Positions 12,635-25,515 of a stretch of 64,000 bases of DNA are shown here, one piece after another. The notes beneath the pieces are model-generated. The model searched no databases and was not told the origin of the DNA. It saw only the letters and a list, made by a program, of their open reading frames with translations. The position numbers were made by a program, and so were the translations under genes. The stretch is from Heptranchias perlo. Lineage: Eukaryota. Every line of letters begins with the position of its first letter. Within the stretch, counting starts at the first letter, position 1. The stretch lies in assembly GCF_035084215.1 (NCBI RefSeq), contig NW_027139559.1:744001-808000 (forward strand), written 5' to 3'.

Positions 12635-15600
12635 GCCCCCTCTCTCCCCATATTCCTGCAACAATCTGAAACTAATCCCACTGGCCCTCTGTCTCCCCAT
12701 ATTCCAGCATCAATCCCAAACTAGCCCAACTTGCCCGCTGTCTCCCCATAGTCCAGCATCAATCGAAAACTAACCCCACGGGCCCTCTGTCTCTCCATAG
12801 TCCTGCATCAATCCCAAACTAACCCCACTGGCCCGCTGTCTCCACACAGTCCTGCATCAATCCCAAAATAATCCCACGGGCCCACTGTCTCCCCACAGTC
12901 CTGAATCAATCCATAACTCATCCCATTCGCCCACTGTCACCCCATAGTCCTGCATCCATCCCAAACTAATCCCACTGCGTCGCCCTCTCCCCATAGTCCT
13001 GAATCAAACCCAAATTAATCCAACTGCCCCGCTCTCTCCCCATAGTCCTGCAACAAGTCCAAACTAATCCCAATGCCCCACTGTCTGCCGATAGTCCTCC
13101 AACAATCCCAGACTAATCCCACTCACCCACTCTCTACTCATAGTCGCAAATCAATCACAGACTAATCCGAATGACCCCCACTCTCCTCATCGTCCTGAAT
13201 CAATCCCAGACTAATCCCACTGCCCCTCTCTCTCCTCATAGTCCTGCATCAATCACAGACTGTCCCAGTGAGCCCCTCTCTCCTCATAGTCCTGCATCAA
13301 TCCCACACTAATCCCACTGACACCCTCTCTCCCAAATGTCCTGCATCAATCCAAGATTAATCCCACTGACCCCCTCTATCCTCATAGTCCTGAATCAATC
13401 CCAGACTAATCCCACGAACCACCTCTCTCCACATCGTCCTGAATCAATGCTAGATAACCACACTGACCCACTCTCTCCTCATAGTCCTGAATCAATCCTA
13501 GATAACCACACTGACCCACTCTCTCCTCATAGTCCTGAATGAATCCGAGACTAATCCCATTGACCCCCTATCTCTTCGTAGTCCTGAATCAATCCAAGAC
13601 TAATCCCACTGACCCCCTCTCTCCACATCGTCCTGAATCAATCTCAGACTAATTCCACTGACCCCGCTCTCCTCATAGTCCTGAATCAATCCTACATTAA
13701 TCCCACTGATCTCCTCTTTCCCCTAATCCTGAATGAATCCGAGACTAATCCCATTGACCCCCTATCTCTTCATAGTCCTGATTCAATCCGAGACTAAACC
13801 CACTGAAACTTTCTGTCCCCATGGCCCTGAATCAATCACAGACTGTCCCAGTGAGCCCCTCTCTCCTCATAGTCCTGCATCAATCCCAGACTAATCCCAC
13901 TGACCACTTCTCTCCCCATAGTCCTCAATCAATCGAAACTAATCCCAATGACCACCTCTCACCTCATAGTCCTGCTTCAAATACAGAATAATCAAACTGA
14001 CCCCCTCTCTCCTCATAGTCCTGAATCAATCCCAGACTAATCCCACTGATTCCCTCTCCCCTCGTAGTCCTGAATCAATCCCAGACTAATCCCACTGACC
14101 ACATCTCTCCTCATAGACCTGAATCAATCCCAGAAGAATCACACTGACCCGCTCTCTTCTAATATACTGGAATCAAACCCAGACTAATCACACTGACCCC
14201 CTATTTCCACATACTCCTCTTCAATCCCAGAATAATCCCACTGTCCCTTCTCTCCCCATATTCCTGAATCAATCCCAGATTAATCCAACTGACCCCCTCT
14301 CTCCTCATAGTCCTGAAACAATCAAAGATTTATCGCACTGACCCTCTCTCTCCTTATAGTCCTGAATCAAACACATACTATCCCAGTGAGCCCCTCTCTC
14401 CTCATAGTCCTGCATCAATCCCAGACTAATCCCATTGACACCCCCTCTCCCAACAGTCATGCATCAATCCCAGAATAATCCCACTGACTCCATCTGTCCT
14501 CATAGTCCTGAATCAATCCTAGACTATTCCCACTGACCCCCGCTCTCCTCATAGTTCTGAATCAATCCCAGATTAATTCCACTGACCCCCGCTCTCCTCA
14601 TAGTCCTGAATCAATCCCAGACTAATCCCACTGATCTCCTCTCTCCCTCTAATCCTGAATGAATCCTAAACTAATCCTATTGACCCCCCTATATCTTCAT
14701 AGTCCTGAATCAATCCTAGACTAATCCCACTGACCCCCTCTCTCCTCATATTCCTGAATTAATCCCAGACTAATCCCACTGAACACTTATCTCCCCATAG
14801 TCCTGAATCAATCCGAAACTAATCGCAATGACCACCTCTCACCACTTGTCCTGCTGCAAACACAGTATAATCAAACTGACCCCCTCTCCCCTCATAGTCC
14901 TGAATCAATCCCAGACTAATCCCACTGATCCCCTCTCTTCTCATAGTCCTGAATCAATCACAGACAAATCGCACTGATCACCTCTCTCCTCATAGTCCTG
15001 AATCAATCCCAGACTAATCCCACTGATCCCCTCTCTTCTCATATTCTTGAATCAAACCCAGACTAATCACACTGACCCCCTATTTCCACATACTCCTCTT
15101 CAATCCCAGAATAAACCCACTGACCCCCTCTCTCCCCATTGTCCTTAATCAATCCGAGACTAATCCCACTGACCCCCACTCTCCCCATATCCTAAATCAA
15201 TCCCAGACAAATCCAACTGACCCCCTCTCTCCTCATTGTCCTGAATCAATCCAAGATTTATCACACTGTCAGCCTCTCTCCTCATAGTCCTCATTCAATC
15301 CCGGACAAATCCCAGTGACCCCCTCTCTCCTCCCAGTCCTGAATCAATCCTGCACTAATCCCATTGACCCCCTCTCTCCTCATTGTCCTGAATCGATCCC
15401 AGGCTAATGCCACTGACCACCTCTCTCCTCATAGACCTGCACCAATCCCAGACTTATCCCACTGAGCCCCTCTGCCCTCTGGCCTCAATGTCCTGCATCA
15501 ATTCCAGATTAATCCCACTGACCCCCTCTCTCCTCATAGGCCTGAATCAGTCCCAGACTAAACCCACTGAACCGCTCTCTCCTCATAGTCCTGAATCAAT

Positions 15601-17430
15601 CCTTGACTGATCTCGCTGACCCGTTCTCTCCCCATATCCTAAATCAATCCCAGACTAATCCCACTGAACCCCCTCTCTCTTTATAGTCCTGATTCAATCC
15701 AAGACTAATCCCACTGACCCCCTCTCTCCTAATACTCCTGCATCAATCACAGAATAATCCAACTGACCCCTTCTCTCCTCATAGTCTTGAATCAATCCCA
15801 GACTAATCGCACTGATTCTCTCTCTTCATAGTCCTGAGTCAATCCCAGACTAATCCCAGTGAGCCGCTCTCTCCCCATAGTCCCGCATCAATCCCAGACT
15901 AATCCCACTAACCTCCTCTCTTCGCATAGTCTTGAATCAATCCCAGACTAATCCCACTGACCCCCTCATTCAACATAGTCCTGCTTCAATCCTAGACTAA
16001 TCCCGGTGTCCACCTCTCGCCCCTTGGTCCCGAATCAATCCGAGGCTGAACGCACTGAACCGCTCTCTCCCCATATCCTAATTACATCCCAGACTAATCC
16101 CACTGACCCCCTCTCTCCTTATAGTCCTGAAACAATCCTCGACTATTCCCATTGAACTACTCTCTCCCCATAGTACTGAATCAATCTCAGACTAATCCCA
16201 CTGACCCTCTCTCTCCACATGGGCCTGAGTCATTCCCAAACTAATCCAACTGACCCCCTCTCTCCTCATAGTCCTGAATCAATCCGAGACAAATCACAAT
16301 GACCCCCTCTCTCCTCATAGTCCTGAATCAATCCTGGACGAATCCCACTTACCCCCTGTCTCATCATTGTCGTGAATCAATCCCAGACTAATCCCACTGA
16401 CCCCCTCTCTCCTCATAGTCCTGAATCAATCCCAGTCTAATCAAACTGACCCGCTCTCTCCTCATAATCCTGCTTCAATCCCAGACTAATCCCACTGACC
16501 CCCTCTCTCCTCATAGTCCTGAATCAATCCCAGTCTAATCATAATGACCCGCTCTCTCCTCATAATCCTGCTTCAATCCCAGACTAATCCCACTGACCCC
16601 CTCTCTCCTCATAGTCCTGAATCAATCCCAGTCTAATCACACTGACCCGCTCTCTCCTCATAATCCTGCTTCAATCCCAGACTAACCCCACTGACACCCT
16701 CTCTCCTCGTAGCTCTGAATCAATCGCAGAATAATCCCACTGACCCCCTCTCTCCTCATTGTCCTGAATCAATCCTAGACTAGTCCCACTGAACCCCTTT
16801 GTGCTCATTGTCCTGAATCAATCCTAGACTAGTCCCACTGACCCCCTCTCTCCTCATTGTCCTGAATCAATTCTAGACTAATCACACTGACCCCCTCTCT
16901 CCTCATAGTCTTGAATCAATCCGAGACTAATCCCAATGACCCCCTCTCTCATTGTCCTGAATCAATCCCAGATTAATCACAATGACCCCCCTTTCTCCTG
17001 ATAGTCCTGAATCAATCCTAGACTAATCCCACTGACGCCCTCTCTCCTCATAGTCATGAATCAATCCTAGATTAATCACACTAGCCCCCTCTCTCTCATA
17101 TTCTTGAATCAATCATAGACTAATCCCACTGGCGCCCTCCCTCCTCATAGTTCTTAATCAATCCTAGACAAATCCCACTGGCCCCTCTCTCCTCATAGTC
17201 CTGCTTCAATCCCAGACGAATCACACTCTCCGCTTTCTCCCCATTGTCCTTTATCAATTCCAATCTAATCCCAATGCCCTATTCTTTCATATGGCCCCGT
17301 ATCAAACTCAAATAATCCCACTGCCCTTCTCTCTGCCCGTAAATGTGTATCAATCCAAGACCAATCCAACTGTCCCACTTTCAATCCATGGCCCTGTATC
17401 AAACTAAAACCTACCACACTCTTCCCATAA
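12635..17430. repeat. 49-bp tandem satellite (ATAGTCCTGAATCAATCCCAGACTAATCCCACTGACCCCCTCTCTCCTC), ~95-100 copies; more degenerate copies extend to ~17800
   Basis: Period measured 16381 to 16430; C-rich + strand, G-rich minus strand. Confidence 0.95.
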
Positions 17431-18710
17431 CCCTGTATCAGGACCATAGAAGCAAAAAATGACGCAGCACAGAATGAGGCCATTCGGCCGATCGTGCTTG
17501 TGCTGCTTCCTTTGAAAGAGCTATCCAATTAAGCCACATTATCTTCCCATAACTCTATTTCAAGCCTATACTACCCCACTGACACCCTCTCTCCCCGTAG
17601 CACTGTACCAATCCAAGATTAATCCCACTGCCCTGCTCTCACCCCATTGCCCTGCATTAATCCCAAACTGATCCCTCTATCTCGCTATCTGCCCAAAGCC
17701 CTGTATCAATCGAAAACTAATCTCAATGCCCCTCTCTTTCCACATAGCCCTGTATCAATCCCAAACGAATCCCACTTTCGCTCTCTCCTTTTGTAGCCCT
17801 GTTATTTTCTCTCCTTCTTATAATTATTTAGTTTTCCCCTAACACTCTCCTGTTCTTTGCCACAACCATTGACCGTGTTGCGTCTCAAACAACCCTCCAA
17901 TTATAACGATTTCTCAAAGCAAGTCTCCTGACTCTCTTAATTACTATTTTAAATTGATCACTCTTCATCATTGACTCACCAATCAAAGGAAATAGATTTC
18001 CCTATCCATCCAATTAAAATCCTCCATAATTCTGAAAAGCTCAATGAATCTCTTATTCGGCTTTTCTGATCAACTCGAAAAATCCCATCAATTTTAATGA
18101 TCTAACTTCCATTCCTGGCATCCCCTCGTGAATCTACTTCGTACGCGGTCTGTGACATTTATATTCTTTCTTTAATGGAGCGCCTTAAACTGCACATGGC
18201 AGTTAAACCGTTGAGTAGCCATTGCCTTCGTGAAATTCATCATTACTTCTTAGACCGTGGTATATATGACAGTAACGAATGTGATTTTTATTTCATATTG
18301 GGCTAACAGAGCAAAGGAAACAAGTGTACAATGAAGAAACTGAAAATGGCAACTTTTGGTCAAAGACTCGGGAGTGAGGATAGAAACGTCACCATTAATT
18401 TTGAGAATGTGTGAGGAAAGATTTAAAAAACAAATACTTTGTTCAGACACATCGCAAGACCAGTGGATGTGAACAAAGGTTTTGTTGATTTCATCGCAAG
18501 AGCAGTGGATGAATACAAAGTGTGTCTTAGAACACATGGCAAGAGCAGTGGATGTATATAGAGGATATGTAAGGACACATGGCAAGAGCAGTGAATGTAT
18601 ATAGGGGGTGTGTTAGGACACATGGTGAGAGCAGTGGATGAATACAGAGGGTGTGTTAGCACACGTGGTAAGAGCAGTGGATGTATACAGAGGGTGTGTT
18701 AGGACACGTG

Positions 18711-20206
18711 TCATAGAGTCATAGAGTTATACAGCACGGATAGTGGCCCTTCGGCCCATCGTGTCCGCGCGGGCCATCAGCCCTGTCTACTCTAATCCCA
18801 TATTCCAGCATTTGGTCCGTAGCCTTGTATGCTGTGGCATTTCAAGTGCTCATCCAAATGCTTCTTGAATGTTGTGAGGGTTCCTGCCTCAACAACCCTT
18901 TCAGGCAGTGAGTTCCAGACTCCAACCACCCTCTGGGTGAAAAAGTTCTTTCTCAAATCCCCTCTAAACCTCCCGCCTTTTACCTTGAATCTATGTCCCC
19001 TTGTTATACAACCCTCAACGAAGGGAAAAAGCTCCTTAGTATCCATCCTATCTGTGCCCCTCATAATTTTGTACACCTCAATCATGTCCCCCCTCAGCCT
19101 CCTCTGCTCCAAGGAAAACAAACCCAATCTTCCCAGTCTCTCTTCATAGCTGAAGCGCTCCAGCCCTGGTAACATCCTGGTGAATCTGCTCTGCACCCTC
19201 TCCAAAGCGATCACATCCTTCCTGTAGTGTGGCGACCAGAACTGCACACAGTACTCCAGCTGTGGCCTAACCAGTGTTTTATACAGCTCCATCATAACCT
19301 CCTTGCTCTTATATTCTATGCCTCGGCTAATAAAGGCAAGTATCCCATATGCCTTCTTTACCACCTTATCGACCTGTTCCGCCGCCTTCAGGGATCTGTG
19401 AACTTGCACACCAAGATCCCTCTGACCCTCTGTCTTGCCTAGGGTCCTCCCATTCATTGTATATTCCCTTGCCTTGTTAGCCCCTCCAAAGTGCATCACC
19501 TCGCACTTTTCCGGGTTAAATTCCATTTGCCACTGTTCCGCCCATCTGACCAACCCATCTATATCGTCCTGCAGACTGAGGCTATCCTCCTCGCTATTTA
19601 CCACCCTACCAATTTTTGTATCATCAGCGAACTTACTGATCATACCTTTTACATTCATATCCAAGTCATTAATGTAGACCACAAACAGCAAGGGACCCAG
19701 CACCGATCCCTGTGGTACCCCACTGGCCACAGGCTTCCAGTCACAAAAACAACCTTCGACCATCACCCTCTGCCTTCTGCCACTAAGCCAGTTTTGTATG
19801 CAAAGTGCCAAGGCACCCTGGATTCCATGGGCTCGTACCTTCTTGACCAGTCTCCTGTGGGGGACTTTATCGAAGGCCTTACTGAAATCCATGTATACCA
19901 CATCCACTGCGTTACCCTCATCCACACGCCTTGTCACCCCCCGTCAAAAAATTCAATCAAATTAGTCAGACATGATCTTCCCTTGACAAAGCCATGTTGA
20001 CTATCCCTGATTAATCCTTGCTTCTCCAAGTGGAGAATAATTTTGTCCTTCAGAATTTTTTCCAATAATTTTCCTACCACTGATGTTAGGCTCACTGGCC
20101 TGTAGTTCCCCGGTTTTTCCCTACTCCCCTTCTTGAATAATGGTATTACATTAGCGGTTCTCCAGTCCTCTGGCACACCCCCTGTGGCCAGAGAGGTTCT
20201 GAATAT
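18711..20206 (-). mobile_element. Young 5'-truncated CR1 LINE (RT and C-terminus of ORF2)
   Basis: 381-aa open frame 18792-19937 ([14 protein letters not shown]) plus upstream frame 19934-20176, separated by one frameshift; (CTCTATGA)2 tail; apparent TSD ACGTG at 18706-18710 and 20207-20211. Confidence 0.95.
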
Positions 20207-20728
20207 ACGTGGTAAGAGCAGTGGATGAATACAGAGGGTGTGTTAGGACACGTGGTAAGAGCAGTGGATGAATACAGAGTGTGTGTTAGGACACGTGGTA
20301 AGAGCAGTGGATGAATACAGAGGGTGTGTTAGGACACGTGGTAAGAGCAGTGGATGAATACGGAGGGTGTGTTAGGACACGTGGTAAGAGCAGTGGATGA
20401 ATACAGAGGGTGTGTTAGGACACGTGGTAAGAGCAGTGGATGAATACAGAGGGTGTGTTAGGACACGTGGTAAGCGCAGTGGATGAATACAGAGGGTGTG
20501 TTAGGACACGTCGTAAGAGCAGTGGATGAATACGGAGGGTGTGTTTGGACACGTGGTAAGATCAGTGGATGAATACAGAGGGTGTGTTAGGACACGTGGT
20601 AAGAGCAGTGGATGAATACAGAGGGTGTGTTAGGACACGTGGTAAGAGCAGTGGATGAATACAGAGGGTGTGTTAGGACACGAGGCAAGAGCAGTGTATC
20701 TATACAGCGGGTATGTTAGGACATATAT

Positions 20729-20792
20729 TAGGGATGTGCAATAAATGCTGGCCTTGCCAGCGACGCCCACATCCCATGAACGAATAAAAAAA
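20729..20792 (+). mobile_element. HE1 SINE/HER1 LINE-type 3' tail fragment
   Basis: AATAAATGCTGGCC..GCCAGCGACGCCCACATCCC..GAACGAATAAAAA; a near-identical copy lies at ~63080-63160. Family name from memory. Confidence 0.65.
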
Positions 20793-20959
20793 CACATTGC
20801 AAGAGCAGCTGATATATACATCGGGTATGTTGGGACACATCGCAAGAGCAGTAGATGTATACAGAGGATTGGCTTAGGCTTAGAATGAGTTTCTCAGAAC
20901 AATATAGTTTTGCACATATTTTTGGTAACTACGTTTCACAAAAGATTTACTTTCATGGA

Positions 20960-21430
20960 CGTATTGATGCCCCTGAAGCTCAGAAACTCTGAGCTCGAGC
21001 TCGAACAGTTGGCAGCACTTCCTGCACATGTGGTTTTCCGGGACACACGAAGTCTTCTGGAGTTCCCACATGGAACAGGATGTACATGTTACAGGCCCCA
21101 GATGTCCTGCCAAGTTAGCTAACAGTAACTTAAACTGTTTGTTTCGCTTTAAGGCACTTTACTGTTTATCTGTCACTGAAACACTAACCACTAAAAAACA
21201 CAAACCAATGAATTCAATACTTACAGGCTTACCCTCTGCTCTCCTGCTTGCTTTGTTTTGATTCCTTGTGTGTCTCCCTTTTATGCTTCGGTCAGTTTTA
21301 GTCTATAGTGTTTTGGTTAAAATAACTTCGCACCTTCTTCCCCCTCTGCACCTAATTCCCACCCTCACCAAATTCCCAGTTGAAAGTCCTCACTCTGTTT
21401 GCGCTTCACTCCGTTAGACGTTCACTCCCT
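20960..21430 (-). mobile_element. CR1 5' end: ORF1 N-terminal zinc-finger/leucine-zipper fragment and 5' UTR
   Basis: MAGHLGPVTCTSCSMWE...HMCRKCCQLFELELRVSEL (CxxC...CxxC followed by a coiled coil). Confidence 0.75.
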
Positions 21431-22254
21431 GTCTTTCCCAACCTCTGTTCTCAAGCTCTCATCAAATGACTTCAGGGTAAGTAAAGATCTACATTAAAGA
21501 TCATAAATATATTTCGTGTAAAGTAAATCTAAAACATGCAATCGGGTCTTAAAATGACGGTGTGGAACAATTGCGTATCGATGTTTAGCAAAATTCGTCT
21601 GAAATCGCTGCCTCCAATACTGTCTCAGAGGAATTAATCGATTACTGATCACAATCATGGTGGACGAATGCTGATCACACTTGAATGATGTCCCTCTCTC
21701 CAATATTTCAAAGAAGGGAAAAATCAAAATAAATGTAATATAGCCTCCGTTAAAGATGAAGATGGCAGGCTACCACAGGAACACGCTTATTATTCCTCTG
21801 CTGTTATCACATCAATAATTTCAGTAATTTGAAAATTATGTCCTCTGCGTTAGCAGGCGGAGGAATTTCACGGGGGCACTTTAAGTCTTGATGTGCAATT
21901 ATCCCACGTTATAATTGCAAGGCCTATCAAAATACCTTGGGTTATATGTTATTCTGTAATGCGGAGGCGGGAGTTTGCACAGGGAGGAAAATCAGGCGGG
22001 AGCAAAACCGGCCTGATTTTCCTTCCATTAATTCAAATGAAAGGTAAATCGGACGGGATCCGTCATGGATGTTCGATCTTCCAAGCCTAATTTTCCATTC
22101 GGCGCAATGTCCAGGGGATGATTTGTGCCCAGGAGGTACAGACGGAAATCTACTCATTGATTCAAATGTGTAATAATCTGTCTGCAAGGTAGTAGAGTGA
22201 AAGACACTGAAGACATTTAAAGTGTAGCCAAAGGCTATGCTGGATGACATGAAT

Positions 22255-23800
22255 AAAGGAACCAAGGAACATAGGCACAGGAATAGGCCATTTCGCCCCC
22301 CCCCCCGCCGGGCCTGTTCTGTCATTCAATGAGATCATGGTTGACCTGTGACCTAACTCCATATGCCAGCCTGAGCCTCATATCCTTTAATAGCTTTGGT
22401 TAACAAAAATCTATCAATCTCAGATTTAATATTAACAATTGAGCTCGTATCCTCTGACAATTGCAGACGAGAGTTCAAAACTTTTAGCACCCTTTGCGTG
22501 TAGAAGTGTTTCCTAACTTCATTCCTGAAAGTCCAGGCTCTAATTTTTAGGCTATGTCCGCCAAGTGCTAGACTCTCCAACCAGCGGAAACAGTTTCCCT
22601 CTATCAGTTCCCCTTAATATCGTGAACACTTCGATCAAATCACCCCTTAGTCTTCTAAATTCCAGGGAATACAACACTAGTTTGGGTAATCACTCCTCGT
22701 AATTTAACCCTTGGAGTACGGTATCATCACTGTAAATACACGTTGCACTTCATCCAAGGCCAATATATCCGCCCTAAGGTGTGGTGCCCAGAACTGAACA
22801 CAGTACTCCAGGTTTGATCTAACCAGTGATTTGTAGAGCTGTAGCATAACTTCCACCCCAATGTATTCTTGTACTCCAGATATAAAGGCTAACGTCCCAG
22901 TCGTGTTTTTGATTATTCTCTGCACCTGTCCATGACATCTTAATGAACTATGTACATGGACATTTAAGTCTCTTTGAACCGCCACTGTTTCTAGCTTTTC
23001 ACCATTTAGAAAGTATTCTGATCGATCATTTTTGTTCCAAAGTTGATGACCTCACACTTACCAACATCGAAATTCATTTGCCACAGCTTTGCCCATTCCC
23101 TAAATTAATTAATATCGCTCTGGAATGTAATGCTTCGATACTGATTACAATACTGCCTATCTTCGTATCTCCGGAAAACTTGGATATGTGGCTCCCTATT
23201 CCATCACCTAAGACGTTTGTAAATACTTTGAATGGTTGACGCCCCAACACAGGTCCTTGTACGACGCCGCTAGATACAACCTGAAAAATTGAGTATCTGC
23301 CCAATATTCGGACATTTCCCCCATGCCCCTCAGCCAATTTCCTAAACAGGTCAATTATATCCCCTAAATTCCATGAGCTTCAATTTTAGCTAACAGTCTC
23401 TTATGAGTGACTATATCGAATACCTTCTGGAAGTCGATAGAAATAACAGCCAAAGACATTCCCTGTTCTACTACTTTAGTCAACTCTTCCAAAAATTCAA
23501 TCAGGTTGGTCAGGCATGTCCTTGCTGCCACTCTCTGATCAGCTGGAAATTTTCAAGGCGTTCAATAACCCTATCCTTAATTATAGGGTCGAGTAATTTC
23601 GCGAAAACAGATGTTTGGCTAACTGGTCGATAATGCCCTGGTTTCGTCTCTCACCTTTCTTGAACAGCGGAGTGACATGTGCAATTTCCAATCTGAAGGG
23701 ACGGTTTCAGAATCGAGTGAACTTTGGAAGATTATAGTTAGGGCTTCTGCAATGTTTGCACTTACTTCCTTTAAAAGCTTGTGATGGGGATTTGTCACTC
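22255..23800 (-). mobile_element. Decayed CR1 LINE
   Basis: SGVVQGPVLG, FSGDTKIG and [18 protein letters not shown] peptides; 3' tail at ~22260. Confidence 0.88.
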
Positions 23801-24639
23801 TTTATTGCCATATATACAACAGCCAGGAGCTGTGAAGGGCCGAATGACCTTTGCTTGCTCTTGACGTCCTTGTTCTTCCATAAAGCAACAGGGGTCGCGC
23901 GGGAAAGAGCCATGGCTGCAGAAATAGCTCCGTGGTGACCTGTCTCTTTAAACAAGAGAAGCAATCAGGAAACGGATACAAACGTAAGCTCGAACACAGT
24001 ACTTGCACGCCCCTACATTCACATACCGAGTGTGCTCAGGAAGCTCGCTCTACGAGCTGGTGAGTAAGATTTCTTAGTTTAAAAATAAGGTAGGAAGCTT
24101 GAAGCTGGAGAATCTTATCATTTATTGCACTATTGTTTTGCTTGGCAGTGAAGCAATGTCACTTTATATCAGTCCTTAAAGCTGCCTTCGCAGTGGAATC
24201 CATGGGCCATTCCGTGGACTATGTAAAGTATCCAATGCCATGTTCTGTTATCAGGTTCAGGTATTTAAGTTTACGGGAAGTTGTGCCATAGTCGGGGGAG
24301 CAGGGAGCATGTTGGGAATTTAATCGGCATTTATTGAAGATACTGACCAATCAATTTCGAAATCCCGATGAAGGTGAAGAACGACGAATAAGGAAAACTG
24401 CAATCAAAGTGAAAGAGGGAACGATAGAGCGCGGGAGAGACAGAGACAGGACTTGTAAGAAGACCCGAAAACACCCAAATGTAGAAAAACATTGAAAGAC
24501 CAAGGTAAGAACTATTTTAATTGTTGAAAGAGCAAGGAATACACGCGGCAGGGGTAAGCGCTGGCGCGCCATCGCGTGGCCAGGCCTGGGATAACAATAT
24601 ATGTTGCGGCTTCATTATTTTATTAACTAATTCATGCCC

Positions 24640-25515
24640 GAGTTAGGAGGCACAGTAAGTATTGTAGACGGGAGCAGGAACTTACAAAGTGACAATAACT
24701 GATTAAGTGAGTCGGAAAAAAACGATGGCACATGTAGTGCAATGTGAGCAAGCGTGAGGTCATCAATTGTGGATTGGAGAATGGAAAATCCGTTAACTTT
24801 CCCAAAACCGAACGTCAGGAACTGTAGAACATCAAAAAGATTTGGTGTCCATGTAGACAAATCAATAATAGCTATAGGACAGTTTAAAAAAAGTAATAGA
24901 AAAGGCTATATGAATGATGCCCTTTATCCCAATGGGGCTGAAATAGAAAGGGGAGGATGAAATGCTTCCGTTATACAGAGCTCTGGTCAGACCCCATCTG
25001 GAGGACTGCATTCAGTTTTGGGCACCGCACCTCAGGAAGGATATATACCGTGCAGATTTACCACAATTATACCAGAGCTTAAATGGCGAAATTACAAGGA
25101 CAGTTTGCTCAGTTGTATTCCCTTGAGTTTAGACACTTGAGGTGTGATCTGATCGAGGTGCTTAAAATGATGAAGGCATTCGATAGGGTAGATACAGAGA
25201 AATTGTTTGCTCTGGTGGATTCCAGAACAAGACGGTACAATCATAACATTAGAATTCGGTCATTAAGGGGTGAAATCAGGAAGCACTTTCCCACACGAAG
25301 GGTCGTGGAAATCTGAAACTCTCTCCCCCAAAAGGCTGTGGATGCTGTGGTTCAATTGAAATTTTCAAGACTGTGATTGATGGATCTTTTTTCGGTAAGG
25401 GTGTAAGGATATGTGAAGCTAAAGCGGGTAAATGGAGTTGGGGTACAGATCAGCCATGTACTGATTGAATATCGAAACAGGCTCTTGGGGCTGAATGGCC
25501 CACTCCTGTTATGTT
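24640..25515 (+). mobile_element. Decayed CR1 3' fragment
   Basis: DLIEVLKMMKAFDRVD..KHF.TRRVVEI peptide and 3' tail. Confidence 0.8.

Larger units (their letters stand above)
18440..20870. repeat. 43-bp minisatellite (GTGGTAAGAGCAGTGGATGAATACAGAGGGTGTGTTAGGACAC) split by a CR1 insertion
   Basis: Period measured 20221 to 20264; copies at 18440-18710 and 20207-20870. Confidence 0.92.

Noticed and set aside
18792-19937. Host or domesticated reverse transcriptase gene
   Set aside because: It is a 5'-truncated CR1 ORF2 with a retrotransposon 3' tail and TSD.
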